Notes: generated by a model not told the origin, from the letters alone. Numbered from the stretch's first letter, positions 1-9,255 are shown. The stretch is DNA of 64,000 nt from Isoptericola halotolerans (GCF_013149785.1 NZ_JABEZU010000003.1:124001-188000), one strand, 5' to 3'. Numbers and translations: made by a program.

Positions 1-2234
1 ACGGCGAGGGTGCGGAGCAGTACGGCGCCGGGCCGTTCACGATCGCCGTGGTGTGCACCTACGACGACGACGGCGACGGTCCGGGCGGCCCGCGGACCGT
101 CTACGACGGTGAGGTCGTCCTCGGCGCGGCGGGCCCGCTGGACGCCCAGATCGCGAACCTGCCCGCCGGAGCGGAGTGCACGATCACCGAGATCGACGAC
201 GGCGGCGCGACCGGTGCGGTCGTCCTGCCCGGGACGGTCACGGTGGGTGCCGGCGAGACGGCCGAGGTGATCATCACCAACACGTTCGACGTCGGGGTGA
301 TCGAGGTCGACAAGGAGCTCGAAGGTCTCGGAGCCCTCTACGGCCCCGGACCGTTCGAGGTCACCGTGGCGTGCACGTACGAGGGTGTCGACATCCCGGT
401 CCCCGGCGGCGCGGCGCGCGAGCTCCTGCCGGGGGAGCCCGTGACCTTCGACGGGCTCCCCGTCGGGGCGGAGTGCACCGTCACCGAGACCGACGACTTC
501 GGTGCCTCCTCGACCACGGTGAGCGTCGACGGCGGCGAACCGGTGGACGGCACCAGCGTCGACGTGGTGGTGCCGCCCGCGGACGGTGGCGACCCCACCG
601 CGGTGACCGTCACGATGACCAACACCTTCGCCACGGCGCCGCTGGTGGTGCGCAAGGCGGTCGACGGCGACGGTGCGGAGTTCGCCCCGCCGATGCCCGA
701 CCTGCCGCCCCTGCCGGAGCTCCCGGATGGGCCGATCGACGCCGACACGCTCGCCGAGCTGCTGGAGCTCGTGGCGCAGTACCTGAGCGAGGTGCCGTTC
801 GACGAGTTCCCGTACGAGGTGACCGTCGAGTGCACGACCTCCTTGGGGGAGGAGGTCCCGATCCCGGGCGGCGGCGTGCGCGCCTTCGGTCCCGGGTTCC
901 CCGGGCTGTACTTCGGCCTGCCGGACGGGGCCACCTGCACGGTCACCGAGACGGTGACCGGCGGTGCGATCTCGGTGAGCATCGCCCCGGACCCCGTGGC
1001 GATCGACGGCGGTGCGACCGTCCTGGACCCCGTCGAGGTCGTGGTGACCAACAGCTACGACCTCGGGTCGATCGAGGTCGAGAAGGTCGTGGACGGTCCG
1101 GCGGCCGAGTTCGTCACCGCACCCTTCGAGGTGTCGCTCGACTGCACCTTCGAGGGACAGGCGATCGAGGTACCGGGCGGCGCGACCCGCACGGTGACAC
1201 CGGACGAACCGGCCACCTACGACGGTCTGCCGATCGGCGCCGAGTGCGTGGTCACCGAGACCGACGACGCCGGCGCCGCCGCCTCGACGGTGTCCACCAC
1301 CGTGGACGGCGGCGACCCGGGCGAGGTCGTGGTCCCGGGCATCGACGGCGAGGCCGTCGTGACGGTGACCAACACCTTCGCAGCGGGCTCACTGGAGGTC
1401 GAGAAGGTGGTCGACGGCGAGGGAGCCGAGCTGTGGGGCACCGGGCCGTTCGAGGTGTCGCTGGCCTGCACCTTCCAGGGCGAGGCGATCGAGGTCCCGG
1501 GAGGGGAAGCGCGCGACCTCGAGCCCGGCGACACCGTCGTCTACGACGGGCTGCCGGTCGACGCGCAGTGCGTCGTGACCGAGACCGGGACCGGTGGCGC
1601 GACGTCCACGGCGGTCGCCGCGGTCACCGACGGCGGTGAACCGGGTGCGGTGGTGGTCCCCGGACCCGACGCCGACCTGCCGACGGTGGTCGTGACGAAC
1701 ACCTTCGGCGTCGGTCAGGTCGTCGTCACCAAGACGCTCGCCGGGAAGGGCGCGGCCGAGCACACCGGCGACGTGCTGACGGTCGAGCTGGCCTGCACCC
1801 GGGACATCGACGGCGAGCAGGTCGAGATCGACGTCCCGGGCGGCGCGGAGCGCGAGCTGAGCGCGGCGGGTGACTGGTCAGCCGTCTACGAAGACCTGCC
1901 GCAGGGTGCGACGTGCACGCTGGCCGAGACCGACGCCGGTGACGCCCGGTCGGTGTCGGTCACGGTGGCCGGCGAGACGACCACGGCGGACCCGGCGGAG
2001 CAGGTGCCGACGTCGCAGGAGTTCGTCGTCCCGGTGGGCGAGGGATCGGCGGTGGACGTGGGCGTCACCAACAGCTGGGACGCCACGCCGGGCTCGACCA
2101 CCCCCGGGACGGGCGTCCCCGGGGCGGGTTCCCTGCCGAGGACGGGCGCGGACCTGACCTGGGCCTGGCTGGCGGCACTGATGCTCATCGGCACCGGCTA
2201 CGCGCTCGTGCGCCTACGCCGTCGGTCGCCGTAG
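1..2234 (+). CDS. Large sortase-anchored surface protein with tandem DUF5979-like (CnaB-like) repeats; 5' end lies outside the window
   Basis: Frame is open from base 3 (GEGAEQYGAGPFTIAVVCT). About 6 repeats of pattern 'GSxEVEKVVDG...PFEVxxxC...GLPxGAECxVTET...VTNTF'. C-terminal LPRTG, hydrophobic helix and RLRRR tail. Confidence 0.9.
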   Translation, partial: GEGAEQYGAGPFTIAVVCTYDDDGDGPGGPRTVYDGEVVLGAAGPLDAQIANLPAGAECTITEIDDGGATGAVVLPGTVTVGAGETAEVIITNTFDVGVIEVDKELEGLGALYGPGPFEVTVACTYEGVDIPVPGGAARELLPGEPVTFDGLPVGAECTVTETDDFGASSTTVSVDGGEPVDGTSVDVVVPPADGGDPTAVTVTMTNTFATAPLVVRKAVDGDGAEFAPPMPDLPPLPELPDGPIDADTLAELLELVAQYLSEVPFDEFPYEVTVECTTSLGEEVPIPGGGVRAFGPGFPGLYFGLPDGATCTVTETVTGGAISVSIAPDPVAIDGGATVLDPVEVVVTNSYDLGSIEVEKVVDGPAAEFVTAPFEVSLDCTFEGQAIEVPGGATRTVTPDEPATYDGLPIGAECVVTETDDAGAAASTVSTTVDGGDPGEVVVPGIDGEAVVTVTNTFAAGSLEVEKVVDGEGAELWGTGPFEVSLACTFQGEAIEVPGGEARDLEPGDTVVYDGLPVDAQCVVTETGTGGATSTAVAAVTDGGEPGAVVVPGPDADLPTVVVTNTFGVGQVVVTKTLAGKGAAEHTGDVLTVELACTRDIDGEQVEIDVPGGAERELSAAGDWSAVYEDLPQGATCTLAETDAGDARSVSVTVAGETTTADPAEQVPTSQEFVVPVGEGSAVDVGVTNSWDATPGSTTPGTGVPGAGSLPRTGADLTWAWLAALMLIGTGYALVRLRRRSP

Positions 2235-2245
2235 GCGCGGTTCGC

Positions 2246-2653
2246 TCAGGCGGCCTGGGCGTAGCGGTGCCGGACGACCTTCCCGTCCGGCACCCACGCC
2301 TCGGCCTCGACACGGGCGGCCGGTTCCACCCGGACGTCACAGCCGAGGTGGACGTGATCGGCGACGACCGCGTCCGCGCCCACGATGGAACGGGGGCCCA
2401 GGTGCACGCGGTTGCCGACGCGTGCACCTCGCCCGACGAAAGCGCCGTGGTCGACCCACGTGACCTCGCCCAGCCTGGCCCCGGCCTCGACACGGGCGCC
2501 GCTCTCGACGTACGTCCCGCGCCCCACGACGACGTCCGGTGCGACGTCGGCCTGGGGAGAGACGTAGCCGCCGTCGCCGTGGCGCACGTAGCGGACGGTC
2601 TCTCCGGCGTCGTTCTCGAACTCGATGCGCTTGGGCATGCGGATGCGTGGCAT
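2246..2653 (-). CDS. Small left-handed beta-helix (hexapeptide-repeat) transferase-like protein
   Basis: Regular [VL]-[GEAD]-x4 hexapeptide repeats (VAPDVV VGRGTY VESGAR VEAGAR LGEVTW VDHGAF VGRGAR). Purine-rich RBS (GAAGGGGG) upstream. Confidence 0.75.
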   Translation of the reverse strand: MPRIRMPKRIEFENDAGETVRYVRHGDGGYVSPQADVAPDVVVGRGTYVESGARVEAGARLGEVTWVDHGAFVGRGARVGNRVHLGPRSIVGADAVVADHVHLGCDVRVEPAARVEAEAWVPDGKVVRHRYAQAA

Positions 2654-2724
2654 GGTGTGCCCCCTTCGCGGGGTCCCGGGGGCCTGAGGCCCGCTCCGGG
2701 ACGCGGACGATGTGCTGTTCTTTC

Positions 2725-2752
2725 CAACGTTCCGGGCCGGTGAGAGATTCCC
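2725..2752 (-). promoter_or_regulatory. SigH/SigR-type ECF promoter for the hexapeptide-repeat gene
   Basis: Minus strand reads GGGAAT-N18-GTTG, matching the SigR/SigH consensus GGAAT-N18-GTT, about 70 nt upstream of the ATG. Confidence 0.65.
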
Positions 2753-2794
2753 TCGGACGGCCCGCAGGGTGCGGTCGCCGCAGGTCAGCGGTGC

Positions 2795-3520
2795 TCAGGC
2801 ACCGGTGAGGCCACCGCGCACGACGGAGTCCCCCGAGTGGGTGGGGTCGCCGTCGAAGGGCTCCTCGGAGACGTCCACGAGCGAGTAGGTCTCGAGGTCC
2901 AGACCGGCAGGCAGCGGGAAGGTTCCCGAGTCGCCGCGCAGCACGCCGAGGCTCACCATCCCGCTCAGGTCGTCGGCCAGCAACCACACCTCGCGGTAGC
3001 CGTCGCCCTGCTCGGTGCCGAGCACCGTGACGGAGACCTCGAGGTCACCGTCGGGGTTCTCCTCGACGACGGCACGGCCGGACGCCGACGGCCACTGCGG
3101 CAGCGGCTCCAGCTCTGCCTCCGCGACCGTCACGGGTGGTGCCACCACGGGGGGCTCCTCGACCTGGGACCTCTCCCAGGCGATGCCGCCGCCGACACCG
3201 GCGACGAGCGCGACGCCGGCCGCCGCGGCGGCCCAGAGCATCGGGGGCCGACGGCGCGAGGCGAGCTCGACGACGGGCGCCGGCTCGGCGTCGTCCGGCG
3301 CGAGTCCGAGCTCGTCGCGCACCCGGTCCCAGACCTCTGCGGGAGGGGTGACGAGACCGACCTCCTCGGAGCGCGCCACGCCCGTGACCTGAGCGAAGGA
3401 GTCGACCTCCGCCCGGCACCCGGCGCAGGAGGCCAGGTGGGCGTGGTCCGCGGGGGAGGCGGCGTCGTCCTCGCCGAGAGCGAGGAGCGCGAGAACCTCT
3501 GGGTCAACGTGCTGCACCAT
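2795..3520 (-). CDS. rskA: Anti-sigma-K factor (RskA family)
   Basis: N-terminal HLASCAGC zinc (ZAS) motif, one TM helix, C-terminal RskA domain (YREVWLL...SLGVL...VDVSEEP...HSG). Overlaps the ECF sigma stop. Confidence 0.85.
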   Translation of the reverse strand: MVQHVDPEVLALLALGEDDAASPADHAHLASCAGCRAEVDSFAQVTGVARSEEVGLVTPPAEVWDRVRDELGLAPDDAEPAPVVELASRRRPPMLWAAAAAGVALVAGVGGGIAWERSQVEEPPVVAPPVTVAEAELEPLPQWPSASGRAVVEENPDGDLEVSVTVLGTEQGDGYREVWLLADDLSGMVSLGVLRGDSGTFPLPAGLDLETYSLVDVSEEPFDGDPTHSGDSVVRGGLTGA

Positions 3521-4085
3521 CCACCTCCCATCGTGTGCGCAGCCTGGACAGGCTCCGTCGGATATGACTCTTGACGGTACCGAGCGGCAGGGCGAGCTCC
3601 TGGGCGATCTGCGTGTGCGTCATGTCCTGATAGAACGCGAGCCGCAGGATCGTCCCCGCCGGGTCGCCGAGCCGGGCGAGCTCGTCGGCCACGACCGCCC
3701 GGTCCACGACTCCTGGACCGACCGGGTCCGGCTCTCCCCGAGGGTTCGGAGCGAACGCCTCGGCGGCTTGCTGCTGGCGCCGGATCCGCTCGCGCGACGC
3801 ATGGACGTCGGCGATCTTGTGCCGGGCGATCCCCAGCAGCCAGGTCGACAACCGCGCCCGGGAGGGGTCGTAGCTGCTCCGGGAACGCCAGGCGGCGACG
3901 AAGACCTGCTGCGTGACGTCCTCGGCGTCGGACTGCTCGCCCAACGAGCGCAGAGCGACCGTATGGACCAGCGGGGACCACCGGCGGTATGCCGCGGCGA
4001 GCCCTTCCTCCGCACCGGTGGCGAACAGGGCCGCCACGTCGTCGTCGGTGGTCGGGGGTGCAGCACCCTCGGCCCCAGTCGTCAC
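3504..4085 (-). CDS. sigK: ECF RNA polymerase sigma factor, SigK-like
   Basis: Region 2 ([14 protein letters not shown]...[12 protein letters not shown]) and region 4 ([22 protein letters not shown]). GTG at 4085 follows GGAGGA; alternative start at 4103. Confidence 0.88.
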   Translation of the reverse strand: MTTGAEGAAPPTTDDDVAALFATGAEEGLAAAYRRWSPLVHTVALRSLGEQSDAEDVTQQVFVAAWRSRSSYDPSRARLSTWLLGIARHKIADVHASRERIRRQQQAAEAFAPNPRGEPDPVGPGVVDRAVVADELARLGDPAGTILRLAFYQDMTHTQIAQELALPLGTVKSHIRRSLSRLRTRWEVDGAAR

Positions 4086-4166
4086 AGATCCTCCGTGGTC
4101 CAACGTGGCGTCGCCGGTCGACGATGCCCGTAGCGGACAACCTAGCGTGCTGTGCGGACGGCGTCA

Positions 4167-4892
4167 TCATGCCACCGCCGTGACCACCAGGTTGTCCTCG
4201 TAGTGCCCCGCCTGCGCGTCCCAGCGCCCCCCGCAGGTGACCAGGGCGAGCCGGCGTTCGCCGGTCCGGTCGAAGATCTCGTCCAGCGGCACCACCTCCT
4301 TCGAGAAGCGCTCCACCGTGCTCACCGTGTACCGGTGGCGTTCGCCGTCCTCGTCCGTGACGACCACCACGTCGCCGGTCGACACGGACGTCAGGCCGGC
4401 GAACGCGCCGACCCCGTCGATCGTGTCGACGTGCGAGGCGAGGACGACCGTGCCGACGTCGTCGCCGGGGGCAGGTCCGAAGCGGTACCAGCCGGCGACG
4501 TCCCCCGCGCCGGGCAGCTCCATCGTGCCGTCGGCCTCGACGCCGACCGGGCTGACCGGGACGTCCAGCAGCCCCGAGATGCGCAGCCGCTGCGGGTCCG
4601 CGGCCGCCGACCCCTCGACAGGGTCGGCGCGGACGACGGGCACCTCGGGCAGCCCGGTGGGTGGGGCGGTCGGCTCCGGCGCGGAGACCTCGTCGGGGAC
4701 GGGGACCTGATCCGGAGCGGAAGCTGTCGGGCTCTCGGTGCGGGGGACCTGCGATCCCACCACGTCGCCGTCGTCCGTCCCTGTCACCAGGGCGGCCCCG
4801 CCGGCGACCGCACCGGCCAGGAGCACGGCCGCCGCCGTGCGGCGCACCGGGCGCGAGGCCCGGAACGCCGCACGGCGGCGGTCGGCAGTCAC
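4167..4892 (-). CDS. Class F sortase
   Basis: N-terminal TM, VLASHVD (catalytic His) and LALVTCGG...YEDN (catalytic Cys, Asn instead of Arg), typical of class F. GTGA overlap with the upstream gene. Confidence 0.88.
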   Translation of the reverse strand: MTADRRRAAFRASRPVRRTAAAVLLAGAVAGGAALVTGTDDGDVVGSQVPRTESPTASAPDQVPVPDEVSAPEPTAPPTGLPEVPVVRADPVEGSAAADPQRLRISGLLDVPVSPVGVEADGTMELPGAGDVAGWYRFGPAPGDDVGTVVLASHVDTIDGVGAFAGLTSVSTGDVVVVTDEDGERHRYTVSTVERFSKEVVPLDEIFDRTGERRLALVTCGGRWDAQAGHYEDNLVVTAVA

Positions 4893-5731
4893 TTGCGCTC
4901 GCGGCCCACCCGGACCGCGTTCTTGACGCCCACGGTGATGGCGAGCCCGGCGACGAGCGCCATGAGGATCCCGGCCGCCATCGGGCTGAACCAGCCGTGG
5001 TGCTGCTCGGCGGCCGCCCCGGTCGTCCCGGAGGGGACGCCGTCGGGGCTGGAGTGCATGCCGTCGACCGTCTGGACCGCCAGTGCGAGGGAGTCCTCGT
5101 CGAGCGAGCCCCAGGCGTAGACGATCGTGTTGACGCCTTCGGCGACGTCGACGTCCGTCGGGCCGACCACGGGGTCGGTGGTCCCGGCGGCGGCGACCGC
5201 AGCGGGCACGGTCCCGGCGGGCAGGTCGAGCACCTCCTCGTCGGGGTTCTCCAGGCCCTCGATGACCGGGTCGTCGCCGGCCAGCACGTCCACGGCGGGC
5301 GCCGCGGCCACGTGCCGGACCGTCAGGCGGCCCTCGCCCGCGGCGATCTCCGAGGTGTCGTTCGTGAAGAGGGTGGCCGTCGGCGAGCCCTCGGCGTCCA
5401 GGTGCGCGGCGGCGGTGTAGCTCATGCCGCCCTCCAGGGGCAGGTCGATGGGACCGATGACCGGGTCGGAGTCGTCCTCGGCGTCGGCTGCGGTGATCGC
5501 CACCGTGTAGGTGTCGGGCGCCAGCTCCAGCGGCCCGGCGAGGTCGCCGGGCTCGAAGTCGTCGAGCGTGAGGTCGCCGTTGACGTAGACGTCCACGGTG
5601 GTGTCGGGCACGCCGTGCAGCACGGAGAGCATCGCGTCGCCGTCGGCTGCCGCCGCGGGCAGGGCGAAGGCGGTACCGGCGGCGGCGAGGGCCGCGACGC
5701 CGAGCGTCGCCGTGAGTCGGGTGGTGCGCAT
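4889..5731 (-). CDS. Secreted DUF4397-domain protein with C-terminal sorting signal (VPSG + TM + basic tail)
   Basis: GGAGG RBS before ATG 5731; signal peptide; 'SVLHGVPDTTVDVYVNG' and 'LTVRHVAAAPAVDV' DUF4397-like repeats. Confidence 0.85.
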   Translation of the reverse strand: MRTTRLTATLGVAALAAAGTAFALPAAAADGDAMLSVLHGVPDTTVDVYVNGDLTLDDFEPGDLAGPLELAPDTYTVAITAADAEDDSDPVIGPIDLPLEGGMSYTAAAHLDAEGSPTATLFTNDTSEIAAGEGRLTVRHVAAAPAVDVLAGDDPVIEGLENPDEEVLDLPAGTVPAAVAAAGTTDPVVGPTDVDVAEGVNTIVYAWGSLDEDSLALAVQTVDGMHSSPDGVPSGTTGAAAEQHHGWFSPMAAGILMALVAGLAITVGVKNAVRVGRERK

Positions 5732-5796
5732 GAGTCCTCCTGGTGTCGAGCCTCGTCCGCGAGGGGACGAGGACTGCATGTGTCGGTCACCAGGGA

Positions 5797-5824
5797 TTCG
5801 TGCACAGGGGCCTCGACGGATGCA
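5797..5824 (-). promoter_or_regulatory. SigK-type ECF promoter for the DUF4397-sortase operon
   Basis: Minus strand reads TGCATCC-N17-CGAA, similar to the SigK-family consensus (CATCC...CGAA), 66 nt upstream of the ATG. Confidence 0.65.
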
Positions 5825-5867
5825 CCGCGGCAGAACTTCTTCCGGCCGGCGGTCCGCAGACCCGTCG

Positions 5868-6083
5868 TCAGGAGGGCGAGCCGTCCGCGTGGGCACGGCG
5901 GCGCGGCAGCGGTCCGTCGCCCCGTGCCCACGTGGCGGGGTAGGACACCGTGGTGGCGTGGGTGCGCGTCAGCGGGTCACCCAGGGGGTCGGCGCCCAGG
6001 GCCGAGGCCACGTGGAGCAGGGGGCGCTGGTTCTCGAACTCGCGCGCCAGGTCGTCGAAGATGGGGGTGTCGGTCGTACGCAC
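5868..6083 (-). CDS. Small hypothetical protein (71 aa), probably leaderless
   Basis: N-terminal half has GC3-biased codons (TDTPIFDDLAREFE). -10-like CACAAT lies 6 nt before the GTG. Confidence 0.5.
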   Translation of the reverse strand: MRTTDTPIFDDLAREFENQRPLLHVASALGADPLGDPLTRTHATTVSYPATWARGDGPLPRRRAHADGSPS

Positions 6084-6345
6084 CTGGCCATTGTGCGAGC
6101 GGTGGCCCCTCGGCTCGACCCGACGCGGCCACCTTCACAGTCACCTCACACGACGTCCCCGAGCAACGGAGGCACGGTGCGGCCTCCTGTTGCGGTGCAG
6201 TCTGGTCGGATCGATGATCGTGGCGGGTGACCAGCATCTTCGGGCGTCCCGTGCGCCGTCCTGTACCGCCTGCCGGCGCAGCACAGCCGTGCCGCACGCC
6301 GCGCTCGAAGAGCTGGCCGGCACCATCGACGAGGAGGACTGACGC

Positions 6346-6588
6346 ATGCCCAGGAGAAGGGGACGCCCCGGACTGGTCGGGACGATGGCACGGACCGCCG
6401 TCAACACCGGGACGGCGTCCGCCACCAGCCGGGCCCTGGACAACCGGGCCGACGCGCGCGCGGACCAGCACGCCGGCGCTCAGGCCTACGACACGCTCAC
6501 CCGGCTCCAGAGTTCGGGTGAGATGAGGTCCGCGGGCCCGCTGCCGGACGCGGAGCTCGCGGCCGCCAAGGCCACGATCCTCGGCTGA
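6346..6588 (+). CDS. Short SHOCT-domain protein (degenerate)
   Basis: N-terminus RRGRPGLVGTMARTAV and C-terminus '...AG.L.DAELAAAKATILG' resemble actinobacterial SHOCT proteins. GAGGAGG RBS. Confidence 0.6.
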   Translation: MPRRRGRPGLVGTMARTAVNTGTASATSRALDNRADARADQHAGAQAYDTLTRLQSSGEMRSAGPLPDAELAAAKATILG

Positions 6589-6595
6589 GTCCGCC

Positions 6596-7915
6596 GTGTC
6601 CGCACCCGTCGACGAAGTACCCGGCCACGAGCACGTCGAGGGGCCCGAGGACGCCGTCCGCACGCGGGGGTACGTCGGCCTGCTCCTGCTGGCCGCGGCG
6701 ATCGGCATCCCGGTCTCCTTGGCGGCCTTCGGGTTCCTGGCGCTCCTGCACGCGCTCGAGCACGCCGTGTGGGAGTCCCTGCCCGAGGCTGCCGGGTTCG
6801 AGACGCCACCGTGGTGGTGGGCGATGCCCTGGATCCTCCTCGCCGGGGTCCTCGTCGGCGTGGCGGTCCGGTGGCTGCCCGGTCGTGGCGGCCACGTCCC
6901 GGTCGACGGGTTGGCTCTCGGGCCTGTCCCGGCCGCCTCCGTGCCGGGGATCCTTCTCGCGGCGCTCGGCGGCCTGCCGCTCGGTGCTGTGCTCGGGCCC
7001 GAGGGGCCCCTGCTCGCCCTGGGGTCTGCCGTCGCGCTGCTGCTCGTCCGCCCGATCGGCAAGACCTCCGCACCGACGGCCCAGGCGCTCCTGACGGTCG
7101 CGGGCGCTTCGGCAGCACTGGCCGCCATCTTCGGCAGCCCGCTGGTGGCGGCCGTGTTCGTCCTCGAGGCCGTGGGCCTGGCCGGACCCAGGCTCGCGCG
7201 GGTGATCCTGCCGTGCCTGCTCGCCTCCGGCGTCGGCGCGCTGGTCTTCACCGGCATGGGGTCGTGGACCGGGCTGGAGATCGCCTCGCTCTCCCTGCCG
7301 GAGATCGACGGACCTCAGCGTCCGGACCTGGGCGACGTGCTGTGGACGGTCCCCTTCGCCGTGCTCATCGCCTTCGGGGTGCGTCAGGTGCACCAGATCG
7401 GCCACCGGGTGGCGCGGATCGCCGCGGGGCGGCCGGCACGGACCGCCGTCGCCGCGGCCGTCACCGTCGGGCTCTGCGCGAGCGCGTACTCGCTGCTGAC
7501 CGGACGGTCGCCCGAGGAGGTCGTGCTCTCCGGGCAGAGCATGCTCGAGCCGCTCGTGTCCGACGCGCCCTCCTGGCCGCTGCTCGCCCTGGTGGCGCTC
7601 GTGGTGTTCAAGGCGCTCGCCTACGGGGTCTCGCTCGGCGCGCTGCGTGGCGGCCCGATCTTCCCGGCGCTGCTGCTCGGCGCGGCCCTGGGCGTCCTGG
7701 CCTCCGGGTTGCCGGGCTTTGGCGTCGTCCCGGCGGTGGCGGCAGGGATGGCCGCAGCCACCGCGACGACCCTGCCGCTGCCGGTCTCGTCCGCGGTGCT
7801 CGTGATCCTGCTGCTGGGCCCGAACGGGGCGGCGATGGCCCCCGTCGTGCTCATCGCGGTGGTCGTCGCGTTCGTCGTCGAGCAGATGGTGCTCACGCAG
7901 CGTCGGGCCGGGTGA
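6596..7915 (+). CDS. ClC-family chloride/anion channel-transporter
   Basis: Polytopic membrane protein with LGPEGP, AAIFGSPL..A.F.LE and GGPIFP ClC-type motifs. Confidence 0.8.
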   Translation: MSAPVDEVPGHEHVEGPEDAVRTRGYVGLLLLAAAIGIPVSLAAFGFLALLHALEHAVWESLPEAAGFETPPWWWAMPWILLAGVLVGVAVRWLPGRGGHVPVDGLALGPVPAASVPGILLAALGGLPLGAVLGPEGPLLALGSAVALLLVRPIGKTSAPTAQALLTVAGASAALAAIFGSPLVAAVFVLEAVGLAGPRLARVILPCLLASGVGALVFTGMGSWTGLEIASLSLPEIDGPQRPDLGDVLWTVPFAVLIAFGVRQVHQIGHRVARIAAGRPARTAVAAAVTVGLCASAYSLLTGRSPEEVVLSGQSMLEPLVSDAPSWPLLALVALVVFKALAYGVSLGALRGGPIFPALLLGAALGVLASGLPGFGVVPAVAAGMAAATATTLPLPVSSAVLVILLLGPNGAAMAPVVLIAVVVAFVVEQMVLTQRRAG

Positions 7916-7947
7916 ACAGGGCCCACCCGGTCAGGTGGTCGGCGACC

Positions 7948-8484
7948 TCACTCGCCGGTCTCGCCGTCGAGCGCCTCGCGCAGCAGGTCCGCGTGACCGT
8001 TGTGGCGGGCGTACTCCTCGATCATGTGCACGAGGATCCAGCGCACCGAGAACCGGCCGTCACCGTGGTGGCTCTCCCGCGCGGAGAGCGCGTCGGGCCC
8101 GCCCGTGGCGAGTGTGGCCTCGAGCACCTCGTCGGACGAGGCGACCGCCGTGTCGAAGAGCCCCCGCAGCACCTCGGCGGGGTCGCCGAGCGCGGAGTGC
8201 CACTCCCAGTCCGGGTCGTCGCTCCAGTCGACGGCGTCGAACGGGGGCAGCGGGTCCTCGCCGGCCAGCACGACGCGGAACCACTGCGACTCGACATAGG
8301 CCAGGTGCTTGAGCAGCCCGGCCAGCGTCATCGTCGACGGGGCCAGCGGGGTGCGGAGCTGCTCAGCGCTGAGCCCGGCCGTCTTCCGCCGCAGCGTGTC
8401 TCGGTGGTAGTCGAGGAAGGACCGCAGGGTGGTGGTCTCGTCGCCGCGCAGCGGTGGTTCGACGCGGGTCGGTCCGGTGGTCAC
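7948..8484 (-). CDS. DinB/DUF664 family protein
   Basis: TLAGLLKHLAYVE..WF and HMIEEYARHNGHADLLRE motifs. TAGAGT lies 6 nt before the GTG. Confidence 0.85.
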   Translation of the reverse strand: MTTGPTRVEPPLRGDETTTLRSFLDYHRDTLRRKTAGLSAEQLRTPLAPSTMTLAGLLKHLAYVESQWFRVVLAGEDPLPPFDAVDWSDDPDWEWHSALGDPAEVLRGLFDTAVASSDEVLEATLATGGPDALSARESHHGDGRFSVRWILVHMIEEYARHNGHADLLREALDGETGE

Positions 8485-8493
8485 GGCAGCACT

Positions 8494-9255
8494 CTAGACC
8501 CGCCGCCCGGCGAGCACGGCGGCGCGCTCGAGCACGTCGTCGAGCATGGTGGCGGTGAGCCGCCCGGTGGAGGTGTTGTGGGGCGACACGTGGTAGCAAC
8601 CCAGCACCGTCAGGTCCGGTCCGGAGCCGTCCTCCGACCGGCGCAGGCTGACCTCCGTCCCGTGGGCGAACCGGGGCCGGGGGCGAGGGACGGCCCAGCC
8701 CTGCTCGTCGAGGGACGCCAGCAGTGCGCCCCACCCGAGGGCCCCGAGGGCGACGGCGACCCGCAGCGTGGGCGAGAGCAGCTCGAGCTCGCGCGCCAGG
8801 TAGGGCGAGCACCGGTGCCGCTCGGCGGGGGTGGGACGGTTCTGCGGAGGAGCGCAGCGCACGGGTGCCACGAGGCGCAGACCGTCCAGCCGCATCCCGT
8901 CGTCGCGCCCCGTGGCCTCGGGCTGGTTCGCGAAGCCGGTGCGGTGCAGCCCGGCGAACAGGAAGTCCCCGCTCGGGTCGCCGGTGAACAGACGCCCGGT
9001 GCGGTTGGCGCCGTGCGCGGCCGGTGCCAGCCCGACGACGACGACGGCGGCACGGTCGTCCCCGAACCCGGGGACCGGTCGGGCCCAGTAGGTCTGGTCG
9101 CGGAACGCGGCGCGTCGATCCGCCGCGACCTGCTCGCGCCAGGCCACCAGGCGAGGGCACGCGCGGCAGGTGACGACGTGGTGGTCGAGCGCCTCGAGGC
9201 TGTCTGCGGCCCCGGCGGTGGCCGGGTAGGCGTCGTCGTCGGGTACCCGGTTCAC
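8494..9255 (-). CDS. udgB: Uracil-DNA glycosylase, family 5 (UdgB-like)
   Basis: CRACPRL Fe-S motif, GLAPAAHGANRTGRLFTGD, RCAPPQNRP and YHVS motifs. Start inferred at GTG 9255. Confidence 0.88.
   Translation of the reverse strand: MNRVPDDDAYPATAGAADSLEALDHHVVTCRACPRLVAWREQVAADRRAAFRDQTYWARPVPGFGDDRAAVVVVGLAPAAHGANRTGRLFTGDPSGDFLFAGLHRTGFANQPEATGRDDGMRLDGLRLVAPVRCAPPQNRPTPAERHRCSPYLARELELLSPTLRVAVALGALGWGALLASLDEQGWAVPRPRPRFAHGTEVSLRRSEDGSGPDLTVLGCYHVSPHNTSTGRLTATMLDDVLERAAVLAGRRV

Noticed and set aside
6596..7915. Fluoride-specific CLC-F with a fluoride riboswitch
   Set aside because: Lacks the GNNLI/GREGT/GEVTP motifs, and no riboswitch consensus is recognisable upstream.
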